Below are positions 1-12,439 of a DNA stretch of 39,734 bases, piece after piece. Position numbers and translations under genes: made by a program. Positions within the stretch are counted from its first letter, which is position 1; each line of letters begins with the position of its first letter. The DNA lies in NCBI GenBank assembly GCA_000934665.2, contig JYFJ02003594.1:1-39734 (forward strand), read 5' to 3'. The notes beneath the pieces were generated by a model. The model was given only the letters and a program-made list of their open reading frames with translations, searched no databases and was not told the origin of the DNA. This DNA comes from Catajapyx aquilonaris. Lineage: Eukaryota.

Positions 1-963
1 CCCTTTCACTAAATGTTTGTAAGATAACACATTAAAGAGGATGACAGAACTGAACCCACTGACTATTTACTGTGTGTACCTAACCGCTCGGGTCACATAG
101 GCCTATATGACCTCAATCGAACAGTGGTGTCACTTAACAATTTAGCGTATATCAAAATGAAGTTAATCAGTGACTCGGACGATGGCTATATTTGTGTTTG
201 AGTGAAAGTGCACGAGTTCAATTATTATTAATCCATACTTGCTTCGCTGAAATTTAACATTTTTTAAAATTGTGACAAGAACGTGACCAATCAAATCTTA
301 CTATGTCAACGCTAAATCGGCCAGGAGACAGTGACAAAATGCTTATTTGTCACTACTGTCCGTAAATGTGAAAACAATTGGCCTAATGATTTTCCCATTC
401 ACATCACTGCCAAGTTACATGGAATTTCTCAATAACTTGACATAACCTCGTTTTTCAAAAGGATATTGTGCAGACTATACGCGCATCTGGCTCTCGGCAC
501 TCTGGATGTCGCAATTACACTCTTGTGACGATTGATTTCTTCTCACAAAGTTCTCCATGAACTACAACAGCGCACTCCATTTCGAGTGTTCATTTAATTC
601 TGACAGCATTTGTATGGTGTGGAAGGGAAGTTAAATATTGGTTAGCCCAGCATGCAAGTGGACAGAAAAAGCATGATGTAGCACACACATTCTCACCGAA
701 ATATGGGCACACGCTAAATGTTTTTGCGAGTTGCAATTTCAATTCTAAATGCGAACGAAATTTAACTCAACGGAAGAAAATAAGTGGAAATCATTCGCAG
801 ATTAGAAATATTCACCCATAATATATTGAGCCAACTTGATTAGCATCTGGGGAGAAACTCATTAAAAAATTTCTAGAAGATGTTTGAGGGATAAGCCAAA
901 ACCACTCAATATATTTTCGAGTGTAGGCCTCTACTTGCACTTTACTTCCCGAGTTCAGCTTAA

Positions 964-1444
964 AGGAAGGGTTCAGTGATTTTGCATGTTGGGCTTCAGA
1001 GATCAAGGAAGACTCCCTGATTCCAAAAATGTGGTCAGTTTTGGAATCTGACGCCGCGTAAACAAATGCCGTTAGGTGAAAGTCCATATCCGCTACTGTA
1101 TTCGATACGGTAAGCGTACAGCCAGCGCCTCCCGCGGAAATTCCGGTAACCTGCCACCACCGTGGCCAATGAGATTGGCTTAGTCTCGGAGCCCATTTTT
1201 TCATATTTTCACGGGACACGGGTTCCCTCTAGCCTCAAGAGTGGAAGCTTCGACCGCTGCATCGAAGCTTCCACTCTTGTGGCTAGAGGGAAGCCGTGTT
1301 CGGCGCTGATTTTCAAAAAAATCAACTTTGACTTGAAATTTTACGCTTATGGTGCATTTGCCAACAAAACGGATCGGATATTTCAAATAAGGGAGTCGTG
1401 TTTGATTTTTGGAGCTCAACATGCAAAATCACTGAACCCTTCCT
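964..1444. mobile_element. Kolobok/T2-type MITE (TTAA TSD)
   Basis: TIR AGGAAGGGTTCAGTGATTTTGCATGTTG at 964, with its reverse complement ending at 1444. Imperfect pairing continues for about 80 bp. TTAA lies at 960-963 and 1445-1448. AG...CT termini with a TTAA TSD are Kolobok/T2 hallmarks. Confidence 0.85.
1216..1299. repeat. Near-perfect ~38-bp-arm hairpin inside the Kolobok MITE
   Basis: ACACGGgTTCCCTCTAGCCtCAAGAGTGGAAGCTTCGA - CCGCTGCA loop - TCGAAGCTTCCACTCTTGtGGCTAGAGGGAAgCCGTGT. Confidence 0.9.
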
Positions 1445-4400
1445 TTAAAGGGCCCTTATTAGTTCTTGTGCGATCACATGTGTAACGTGTTACAATATAC
1501 TGATTGTACTCTACTTTGTGTAGTTTCAATTCTCCGCTCTTGGTAATTATTATTCTTGCATGAGTTGTTGCTATAGTTAGTATATCACCGTTTCGACGGA
1601 AAGTTTCAGTCTTGTTTTGTGCACTTATTATTGAAGAGAAGGAATATGGCCTAGGGCTTTGTTTGCTTTGGGGGAGCGCACTTGTGTGTATAAATACTGC
1701 ATTGCTCTGCATGTCGTTGCACATGAATAGTGCAAGCCTTCTAGTTCGGCTTAAATTTGATTATATAGACACAGTTTTAAGTTATGCAAAGCATTAAGAC
1801 AATGCTTTTGTTTATTACACGTTTTCACAATTATTGTTTTTGTTAAATATGCGGGAATGCTGATTTTAGCAACTTGTTACTACATAGCATGGGCTAATAC
1901 ACTTTAAAAATACAATTTTCTTTAATGGAGTGTTTCAATCTGTGAATCTAGTTCACGGTGACTCAGGCTTTTGGGGAAATTGCTTGATTACTATATGCGC
2001 CTACTTTTATTACTATTCATGTCAGCCTCGTCATGTTGAGGCAAATTCCTACAATGCGGGATGTTCCTGTAGTTCATTGTTAAAAGACGTATTGATGTGC
2101 CTTGAACCCGATGTTTGCGTAACAGCAACTGAAACATTAAACAATAATCTATAAATATTTCTGTCTCAAGACTGGAGAGGAAATATGACGAACCACGCGA
2201 TTCATGTGAAAATATTGCACGAAGACGGTAAAGAATTGACGAATTTTGCACGCATTCCTTCCATTCAGACTGTTCACTATACTTGCACTCCCGTAAAATG
2301 TCATGATATATTTTTAGCTCTGCTTTGCAAGAAACTATCAGCATTAGAAGTCAGACATTTGTTTAAATTTTAGTCTGCCACGCAGGCGCATAATTAATTA
2401 GGCCATATTACCCGGTACTTATGCTAGCACCAATATTGCAGTGCATATCAAGTTAAATTAATGTACATTAGCAATTTATGTCAGAGCCTTTCACTATGGC
2501 GTAATCACAGGGTAAGGAGTGTGTAAAGTAATGCTAATGGCCTGATCCAATCTATACCTGATTTGAGATAAGGCTGCCTCGTGATCAATCACGAACTGAT
2601 GTATATTCTGTCTGAAGTAAATCTTAGATTTAACAAAGCTTCCACTACTCCTTTGAAATCGGACCTTCAAAATTATCTATGCAAAACAGGCAATTACCTC
2701 GTAAATTAATATTACATGCCATCGATACCATAAATGCCTCCTTAGCTCAACAGGCTATGCAGTATTAATCAGAGACTTCCTCTAGAATACATCCAATTAT
2801 GAACTGCGCACATTATCAGTTGCAAAGATAAAGTGGATATATCGAGCACCTTTCATGGCGATAATTAGAGCAGCTTAATACAGGAAGCTATATAAACGTA
2901 ATTTATTATTGTCCAGACACAGAATAATCGATATGCTGTAGGTAAGCCTCTCTCTTGTTTGTTGACTCTAGCCTCACGTAATTTGATTCAGTTTTGTGGC
3001 TCGTTAATATTTTCATTGGGAATTTTACGCCAACGGCATCTTGACCACAAAGCCTGTGCAACGAGAGGGATTCAAAGGTCCTTCAAAGGCATGGCGAGCG
3101 ATACGTGACATGCCCGCCTCTCAACACGCGTTGCATGGTTTCGCTAGGTACGTTACTGCGGTTTTTTTATCCGTTATTATCAGTCGTTGGATAAGTTCAT
3201 AGAAAGTGAGATGAACCTGCCTAGGTCTCAAAGGTGCCCCCCCCCCCCNCCCCCCCCTCCCTCCTTCTTTTTCGATCCTTTGCTCTTGTAATGAGCCGCT
3301 ATCTAAGAGGATATTTGAGCTGGAGGAAACTCACCTAGTCAATTCTCTGCACAAATATTTGACTTGGATTATTGTCCATCCTATTTAGGCCACAAGTTCC
3401 TTTGGCCGGGACTCGCCTGACACTTGAGCCATATAATTTTCTAAGGAATAAAGGACGCTGCGTAGTTCTTTTACTTATAGAGCACGCAACAAGTGTTTCT
3501 CTTTCTTTTGCTCCAACTTGCTAATAGCTGAATCGACCCACGGGGAGCCGGAATGGCACCTAAGGTCTAACGACATCTAATGATCTAGAACTAGTTGACA
3601 TTCAAACTTGCTTCCATGGGTATGAAACCCGCAATTAACCGGCGTCTGGCTGCCGAGACTTATATCACAAAGCTCGAATAAACGGAACGCTTGCAATTTT
3701 GTGCGATTTGTGTTCCCTGCCGAGCAGAGTACACTGGAAGCATACCCAGGGGATAGACCTTGCAAACGACAAAATACACTAATTGGATCTTGTTCTTTTG
3801 TGCCAGTTCAAAGCAAACAAACGACACGCACTGTAATGTGAACTCCCTGCTATTTGAGCTACCCATTGTTTTCTAAATACCCTTACGCAATCTGTCTCAG
3901 AATCCTTTGTTTATCAATTGAGTGCGTCGCACGTGCCCTCTACCGGGTTGAAGGGTAGGATACCTGCCTGACCTCTACCGGTACAACTGATCGAACAAAA
4001 TGACTCGCACCCCTACAACCTGAACAGAATACAAAACGAGAGAAATGAAAAGATGGAACTATCCCGATCCAGAATTCTAGTGCAGCCTGGCAACACAAAG
4101 ATTGAGGTATATAATGGCTAGTAGCAGGTGAGTTGTACGTCAGTGGGAAATGATCGATTGAACCTCGAGCCCAAAGCCGTTCGTCCTGCGTTTTGATGGA
4201 TTGATGCATACTGTGGTATGATTTGGACACGAAAATTGCATCAGAGCTACAGCCTCTCGAGTTTACCTGCGAAAAATATGTTCCTGTACCGAAGAACTTG
4301 CCCAGAGGGTTGATTAAATCTGCTACTTTGGCTGGCCCCCACCCGGCCAATGGAGAGCGTCACCGTTGGCAGCTATACTGTAACCATTATAGAGTAATGC

Positions 4401-4768
4401 TCATAACTAACTTGGTTAGCCCCCATCCCAGCTAATTAGAGCTTGACCAGCTCGGAACATTACAACTGTCGGGGTTATATAGGGATGTGAAGAAGTGTGA
4501 AGGCACGGCTGGTCAAGAATGGAAGTGATGCCGAGTTTTGGCCGCGTTATGCTCGCTGCCTGATTGCAGGTAATCATGCGAGTTGATGAATTATGGGAAT
4601 GGCCCTCCACATGTGCTGTTTTAAGGCGGGGCAGACATGCCGAATTAAGAGGAGGGAATTGGCACAGCGGTCATGTAGGTTGGTTGCAACTTGGAGGTTA
4701 GAGAGTTGAGTAGTGGCGCAGCGGAATTTCACCTCGGGGGATCTGACAAGGAAACGCGAGGGAATGAC

Positions 4769-5138
4769 CAAGGGTGGTCGCCTCCGATTTGGCTGAAACT
4801 TGCATGAGGGGTCAATCATGTACCATAAACACAGTGGTGAAAGTCCTAAGTGACCGTTTTCAGCCGTTTCCGAGATACAGTAATATGCGGACAGAAGCAT
4901 CCAAATTTTGGCCGCGCTTATAGGGGTATATAGGCCTTGCACTTGTCCCTTTCCCGCCCTACCCCTATACGCGTGGCCAAAATTCGAATATTTCTGTAGC
5001 TCATATCTCGGAAACGGCTGAAGACGGTCACTTGGGACTTAAGCCACTGTGTTTATGGCACATGATTGACCAATCATGCAAGTTTCAGCCAAATCGGAGG
5101 CGACCACCCTTGTGAGTTCAGTGCCCGGATCCACTGGG
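4769..5138. mobile_element. Foldback MITE with ~155-bp arms; left terminus apparently truncated; possibly Transib-derived
   Basis: 4769-4928 (CAAGGGTGGTCGCCTCCGATTTGGCTGAAACTTGCATGA...TATAGGGGTA) is the imperfect reverse complement of 4960-5112. The right side continues to ...GGATCCACTGGG (reverse complement CCCAGTGG, similar to the Transib CACAGTG end) with no left counterpart. No TSD is determinable. Confidence 0.75.
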
Positions 5139-8100
5139 TACATGAAATTGGTAAAATTGCACTAATCACATCGGACCTGTCTAGTTCTTTCTCTAGGAGA
5201 TGGAAGAGCTTCCGAGTAGGATAGGCTTAATGATGACTGGCCTTCATGTGCATTCCTCCCATCAAGATGTGATGCAGCGCAATTTTACCAGCAGGCACTT
5301 TTTATGTATCAAGCAGCAACATTGCTTGAGGGCTAACAAGCTGCCCTGTTTAATTTTCAATATGTTCACTAAATTATACATGGCTAAACGTTTAAAAAAA
5401 TTATGCGTTCTCCTGAGAACGATTCGCTGCTTTATATCGTTAAAGTATTGTACTCATTGTCAGGTATTTATTGGCCAATAATTTTCCTGCGCTGGCTTTG
5501 TTTAGGGTGTTAATTGAAGTCAGACTGCGTTTCCAGGCACTTAATTATTCATGTTATTTGGAGTAACGACTGATGCTGTTTTTAAAATAACACCCAGTTC
5601 AATTGAAATTTGAAGCAGGGAGAGTTGTAGTGAAACTAGCATAAAGGTTTACATAGTTGATAGTACCCTTCAATCAATTGGTATTAAATAATCCAATACC
5701 TATACGGTATACCAGGAATCCAGTCATCTTTCTGAAACATTTTGAATGCCCCTCAAAACACACCTGGTTTTACATGTGTTGCTGAAAATTCTAATATTTA
5801 ATGGTAACCCATAGATCCAATAGCGACACGATTTTCGACAGGTTTCGGAACTTGTGAAAAATGATCATGTAGTGTGTGCACTTCATTGTCAAATGAACAT
5901 TTGAACACATTTGCCAGTTACATCTTCGTTGTTGGTGAGCTTCATTACTCACGTTTTTCATGTTTCACATTTATATGGAAGACGTGCACGTCTGGATCTT
6001 TTTTTGTCTTACCCCTTTGCACAACTCCAGAACATCCATCTGCTAAAGTAGATCGTTGTATTTTTTCCGTTTTTCCTTTTTTCCACTTCTTAATGGTCCT
6101 TCGCAATCTCTCAACTGTCGCCTTCTGTAATGGCTGTTTACTTTGCATTTTTACATATCACTTCAATAATGTTGTTCAATAACTTACAGGTTGCTGGGAA
6201 AGTGGGGGTGAAGGAATGGAAAAGAAGGCCATTTTGAACATTGGGATTAACGGAATGGCGAATTGAAGGAAGAAAATGGATCGGTTATAGGTGAAAGTTA
6301 TAGGTATTATATAATGCTGTTAACGGTAGTTGGAACTGCGCAGAAGGAAAGCCATAGCTCTGCCGAATCCTTTCAAAGCCTGTGACTCTATAACCAAAGC
6401 GTTTGTTTTCTAATAATAAAGGTTCGAAGCCATTCTTTCAAAAGGCGCGTTATGTCAGGCAAGCACAAATTCAGTTAATACCCACCAACTATAGAAGCTG
6501 GCTGAAACGCACATTTCCAACACAATTAACGAACATTCTATTGAAACTTTCAACATTCAAAGAAAGACCTGAAAAGGTACTCCGCACTTTTCCTAACAAA
6601 TCATGTATGCTGGACGAACCTTTTTTACTCCACCCTTTATATAAAGTTTAACTACGAATCAAGCATGTTTTCATTACAGTCCCTATACCAACTAGCCATG
6701 ACTTGAGATCCACTGACAAAGAGTAAGCGCTTAGGAACATTACTAGAGGCAGGCAGCCTTCGTTAGAGGAGGCCCCCAGTATTAGGTGGTCCATTCTGAG
6801 GCCCTTAATGAGCTATAGCTCAAGTCTGTGGGAGTGTGGCTTATCCTAACTGCAGGAAGGCCTTTTTACCTCCACTCGACAAGGCGGCAATAAACGTCAG
6901 GGGGGTTCGGAACCTCGTAAGGCAACTTTGGGACCTTTGCCTCTCCAAGTGCCTTACTTAGAAGTGGGCTTTACGGGTGTGCGGGAAGTGCAAAGCTAAG
7001 CGGGAAATAACCAGCCGACATGGACGTTTCCACTTGCACGGCTCCTTCACGGTTACGGCCTCGTTTGACTCTCGCTTGTGTGTGCAGGTGGTAGTAATGA
7101 AGAGCTAACGTGAAACACTGCATTTCACTTCTGGAATCTGGTCATTGGGACTGATCCCGGAATGTTGCCGGATTTTTGTGTGGGAAGGGCCAGTCCATTG
7201 CTGGCACTTGCAACTTTGGGAATCTTCGATGGGACGAAACCTCGCTATTGGTTCTTTCACACCTGCCTGGAGGAGAGGGAAGGGCATGAAAGGGTGGGAG
7301 AAGATATTTCCAATCACTTATTTATTATTTATATTTGTAGATTTTAAACTCAAATAATATACCAGTATTTTTCAATATTGTTTTGAACAGGGAGACTTTC
7401 ACATCACACCTTTCAAAAACGATACTTAAAAACATAAGGTCTACATACACTAGGGATGGCTTCATCTTCAGGAAATATTGAATGCCGCTCTAATCCTCCA
7501 TTTCGCCTCAAGGAATGCTTAGGTTCAGCGACTCCTGTTTCGCCAGCCTCAATACATGTTTTTACTCGGACAGCGAAAGTGCGCTCTGTTAAAGCACAAA
7601 GTGAATCATTGAAAGTGTGCTGACAAACGAGAGCACAGCCCCCTAGAGAGGGACTTCCAACTATAAAACTCGAAGGCCAGGCTTCAGTAGTTCATGTGCT
7701 CGAGTTGAGCAACTCAAGTACAGATCAGCAGCCTCTTTTCAGTGCTAGCTGCCGGGTCAAGTGGTCGGCCACGAATTTTTGCCCACAACTCTTACGCCCA
7801 GCCAACCATGTTGCTAGAAGGTACTCCAGAATCGAGGGTTATAGCAAATCGTTTGACCATCACTGATGGATTTAGTACGAGCAACAGGCAGTTGCACAGG
7901 AGATGCTTCGTTATTTATTATTAAAATTCGCGCAAATATCAAAATATGGGGCACGGAACAAACCTGACATTATCACAGTGCTGCATAATATGGTGATGAT
8001 AGTTGATCTCTGAACACCTGTTAAGTAGTGTTAACATGCACAGGCATGTACCGATGATCGATAGACATTAATCTAACTGGCAGCATCATTTTGAGCATTT

Positions 8101-9101
8101 GCATAGGAATGCGTCTATTGTATAGTGTAGTCTACTGTACAATAAAAGCGATAGTGACGCTTCTATAATATTTTGGAATAATGTCACCATAATTGTACCA
8201 AATTAGAAAAAAATCCGCTTCGGTCTGATGTAAACAAAAATTAGGGGATTTTAAATTATGCAGAAAATTTTGATGCTTGAAACAAGATGGCTTTTGGTCC
8301 GTCAGACTGTAAACAACATCCGCCATTGTTGGTTCCGGATATGCAATACTGATCGGGTGTCATAATTAATGCAGGGTCTGGTTTACCCATAAATGAGGCC
8401 ATTTATTTGCGAAACGAGTGTCAGCATTGCAACTCAGGATAGCAACCCCCAGTTATTTTCGTGCAACACTGCATAAAACTAATACCAAATAATGTGAATA
8501 GCCCCACGCCTTTCACATCAGCAACAATCTCTATAGCAGCCTAGTAACAGCAATGAACGCGTTCGGTTATCTCACTACTGCAGATTAGCACAGCCAAGGT
8601 GTTTACATGGAAAGGTGACCACTGCTATCTCTGTCACGGGGCGTGACCACTAATGCGACAACCTCTGACATCAGTGTGGCGTAGACCTTGGCCACATGAT
8701 CTGCTATGCGTATAATTAACGTTTAAAAGAGAACCCTGCCCTGATATGCCCGCACCACTCTCCTATAGGTCCGTGTTGTATTCAAACCGTCGTTAATCAA
8801 AGGACACACGTACAGCCGCTGTGTACAGTGTGTCAAAGCAAAATGTGTGGGTCATTCCACCACTACCGAAACAGGAGGCGGTCTGGATGTTTGGGAGAGA
8901 AACACCCGTAGAAACAGCAGCGACCTCTTGAGTAACCACTAACCAGCTCGGCAGGAAATTATATTTGTCCTGCGTAATCGAAGTTTAAGACTGGGAATCT
9001 GTGCCGGATTACATGGTCGTAAAACAGAGTGAAAAGGGGATCAACAGTTCCTTGCCAGAGATTGCGACGAGTATTTTCCTCCCGGTCGTGCTTTTATTGA
9101 G

Positions 9102-9214
9102 ATGGGACTGTTGTTTGAAGCGGTGTGTATTCTGGTCCTTTTTGCTGCAAAGGAAAGTGTATTGGATTACGTGATGTTCTGCATAGGCGCCAGGCGGTGC
9201 TTCTCCGGAAGATG
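9102..9214 (+). CDS. Candidate first coding exon with a signal-peptide-like N-terminus (unverified)
   Basis: ATG at 9102 reads MGLLFEAVCILVLFAAKESVLDYVMFCIGARRCFSGR+TG into a consensus donor G|GTAAGT at 9215. An Inr-like TCATTC lies at 8852. No downstream partner exon was identified. Confidence 0.3.
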
Positions 9215-10056
9215 GTAAGTAGGAGTGCAAGCATGCTATAGTCTTATGATAGAGGACGCGAAACAAACCTGGAAGATCGGATGTGTCACGTACTAGGTTT
9301 CTGTGAGGAAAAGTTGCATGCAGAATCCAAATCCCCCTCTTACTGCACTATAGATATTTTTATAATATTTTATGGACAACATGTTTTTTGTTTATTGGAT
9401 GAAAACGTGACTGTAGGGCCTTGCAGGTCGACAGAATCATTTCATATGTGACAGCCCATTTGAGCACTTATGGGATTCGGAATCAAAACTAGTATAATGT
9501 ACAAAACGTGGAAATAATACGTTATGTGTAAATCATAGATTTTAAAAAAAAGTGCCTGCACGTTTTGTCAATTGAATTGAATTCACGGATATTTGACATG
9601 TTTGTTCCGATGACATTTGCTCGTTACATAACTACAGTTAACCTATGAATATTTGTTATTGCATATGATGGCACAACCTGTTATTCACCATTTGAAAGCG
9701 ATTCCTGCCAGCCCTGCTCGCTTAATCCAACGCCACGTTCTCGACAGCTTAATAAATTAGTGTCTCCTGCCACAAACTTCGCAGATAATCACTCTCGCTA
9801 TAGACCCCCCCCCCCCNCCAATATTTTCAACACCCCCCACGCACTCCCAAGTAACGAGCGGAAAACTTGCCAGCAAAACTAGCGCCACGCCACGACAAAC
9901 AATAACATAAATCTGCTAGTGATTTGGACCCCCGCATTTCGTAGCTCCAATTGTCCAGCCATCCAATAATCGTTTGTCACCCCCCGCAAAACGTTTTCTG
10001 CGAGAGATACCACGTTTGTAAAGCGTCCAAGGTAATATTGAGGACTGGAAGGAGGC

Positions 10057-10129
10057 GGGGCAAGTAGGGGGTGCAAGGGGGGCAAGGGGGAGAAGAGGGA
10101 GCAAAGGGGGAGAAAGGGGGTGCAGAGGG
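10057..10129 (+). repeat. G-rich purine tract, potential G-quadruplex
   Basis: Eight G3-G6 runs separated by 3-6-nt loops (GGGGCAAGTAGGGGGTGCAAGGGGGGCAAGGGGGAGAAGAGGG...). Confidence 0.6.
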
Positions 10130-11153
10130 AGCGCTTCTTTTTAATTGGACAGAATACAGTGTGGATAACATTAGGTCGTCCCAACTGCAAAACGAGTTTA
10201 CGGCAAGGGCCGTTAATTTCCAACTGGGGTTGGAGTGAGCTTTTCCATACAGTCCTCCCCACCCTTCCCACTCCCTGCTCCCTCCACCATAGTAGCAACA
10301 TCGAAAGCTGATCCAGATTGACAGACAGCCGAGTGGACTTGTGGTGACAGTGCAGCCAGGGCCTAATTTTGCTTCATTAATCCCAGGCGTCACCCTGACG
10401 AACTCCGGATTTGGAGAGGGATCTTTGTGAATATGTATCGGAAGCGATTAGCACCGCTTTCAGTAGGGAACAGTCAGCAGATTGCGTGCTTTTTGCCAGG
10501 AAGGACTAAATAAAAAAGCCTCATTAAGCGGCCCAGTGATATATGATTCGGGGAGAGTAGCAGTGTCCTACTGATGTGTGTTTTGGTACCAAGTACAGAA
10601 ACATGCAATGTGCTACGATAGCTGTTTTAAGAGGCATTGTATGGGTACTTGCACATGTTATTTTATGGTGATTAGAGATGTGTCAGTTTTAAATGGGCAA
10701 ATGTCATTGGGATTTTTTGGGGGGTAGTCTTACTTGGTTGCATGAATTATGAAAATTTCGGCAGTTAGTTTGGAGATTAGTGTGCAGTTTCAAATAGGAT
10801 TTTGGACTCGTTTGCATCATGTGAAAAAACCATTCGTCTCTTATTAAAATCCGGCGTGCAAAGGTCAAATGAGCTTCTGTTTACTAGTGAGGCGCGGTCA
10901 AACAATTGCTGTTAATGAATAGCGCTAAAGTTCATCACTATACGGCTCACAGCGGTGCCTGCTACGCAACAGAGATTTTAGCTAGCATTTGTTTTCGTGG
11001 ATGTTACGGGCCGTTTATTTCCGCAAATGCGGTGCTTCAAGTATATGGAACAAATATTGCTAATGGCACTAATGAAGATTACGGCACAAATATCCAAATT
11101 ACAGGCATAGTCCACAACCTAAATAAACCTATGAAGCGTAAAACCCAATTTTA

Positions 11154-11391
11154 CATGTGAAGACTTGAAATGCAGAAAGACTAGAGTCGCACTTGACTTA
11201 TTTCGAAATATGAGCGTTTGAAGATTGCATTACTTCTGTACTCCTTCCGGAATGAATTTTTCCAGGTTCTGTTTCTCATTCAGATATCTGATTTGACTAT
11301 CAGAAACACCAAATACCGAGGACGATTGCGCGCAATACTTAACTCAATTTTGGCCAAAGTTTGATCATTCTGCATTTCAGCTCTTCACATG
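11154..11391. mobile_element. Degenerate inverted-repeat remnant of a DNA transposon/MITE
   Basis: CATGTGAAGACTTGAAATGCAGAA at 11154 pairs with TTCTGCATTTCAGCTCTTCACATG ending at 11391 (2 mismatches in 24). No clear TSD. Confidence 0.45.
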
Positions 11392-12102
11392 GTGTAGGTC
11401 ATTGTAACAAGGAAACGCTCCCTCATCTCTGAAGATTTTACTAAAAACATGTCATGTGCTTTGTGCAAATTTTTCCTTAGGGTAAGTTGAAGAAACCAAT
11501 TCTTATTCTTATTTTTAGTACAGCTACCTCTAAAAAGCCCTCAAGCGTCTTAGATACAGAATATATTTTTGTACCCTTTTTTTTTCAAAGTTTTGGTAAG
11601 TTTCAACTTGGAACTACGAAACAATTTTGCGATAATAGGGTAGCCACAAATTGCACGTGGTGTTTGTTGGACCTCAGCCCCTTAATAATTCAGGAATGGG
11701 AAAACAACTGCTTAATTACATCTGACAGGTGACAGTGGTGCGCAAAGCAGGTTGATATAATTTGAAATTGAGCCAAATGCGGACGTCGGATTACATGACA
11801 GGTTCTTCCACGAGCTGTCCCCTCCTCTGCTCTGTGCAATAACCTGAAAACACGTTAGTCTGCACACAAGAGGTTTTTCAATTGGAAACCAACGGCATTC
11901 CTTGTTTGCTTGTAAATTAAATGGAGGTTATTCTCTGATGCATGAGGTAAAGTCAGTTTCTAAAACGCTTAAGGCCAGTTCCACCTATATTCCACCAAGT
12001 ACATACGCTATTCCTAACTATTATTTAAGCCTTTTATTAGCTAATCCTGCACTGTAGTCCTAAGTTGACGATTATGGAACTACGAGTTAGTTAAGCTTAT
12101 TA

Positions 12103-12439
12103 GTGTGTGTGTGTGTGTGGGGGGGGAGCATGGTGGTCTAGTGGCTTTGCTACTGGCTAGCCAAGCGGGAGGTGCGGGGTTCAAAGCCCGTCCCCGTCAC
12201 CTTCGCTTGGTAGGATCTTTTTCCGCTTTTCACCCGGCATGTCCGGGCAGAATAATTGTACTCCTTTCTCTGCCCAGGGCCAGGAGAAAGGTTTGGTATT
12301 TAAGATGATCTGAAATGACTATAGAAACTATCTAAGGGCGTCCTCCCTTGGGAACTTCTCCCTCCCCTACGCCCGTTGGACCAGGGCGCTGCAGCAGAAC
12401 AAGGACATCCTAGGAGGTCCGCACTACCCATTATAAAAA
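12103..12439 (+). mobile_element. tRNA-derived SINE (tRNA-Gly-like head)
   Basis: Pol III A box TGGTCTAGTGG at 12134-12144 and B box GGTTCAAAGCC at 12178-12188. The head GCATGGTGGTCTAGTGG...GCCAAGCGGGAGG resembles tRNA-Gly(GCC). The 3' end is A-rich. A 10-bp TSD AAGCTTATTA lies at 12093-12102 and 12440-12449. Confidence 0.85.

Noticed and set aside
812..1485. Overlapping ORFs on both strands sharing AQHAKSLNPSFK
   Set aside because: Artefact of the MITE inverted repeats; the same applies to the ORFs at 18111-18485 and 39232-39484.
3237..3257. Poly-C/G runs with nearby N (also ~9817, 22969, 37888, 38432)
   Set aside because: Homopolymer sequencing or assembly uncertainty, not a biological signal.
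4937..4949. TTGCACTTGTCCC resembling part of miR-92
   Set aside because: Partial match only, lying in the loop of a MITE without a miRNA-like precursor.
5945..6148. Lys/Arg-rich minus-strand ORF with nearby GTAAG donors
   Set aside because: No family recognisable with confidence; it could be a decayed TE coding fragment.
9879..10393. 138-140-aa Pro/Gly-rich ORFs
   Set aside because: Explained by the low-complexity G/C tract; no domain recognisable.
12128..12200. tRNA-Gly gene
   Set aside because: The stems are degenerate and the head runs into a ~250-bp body with an A-tail and TSD, so it is a SINE.
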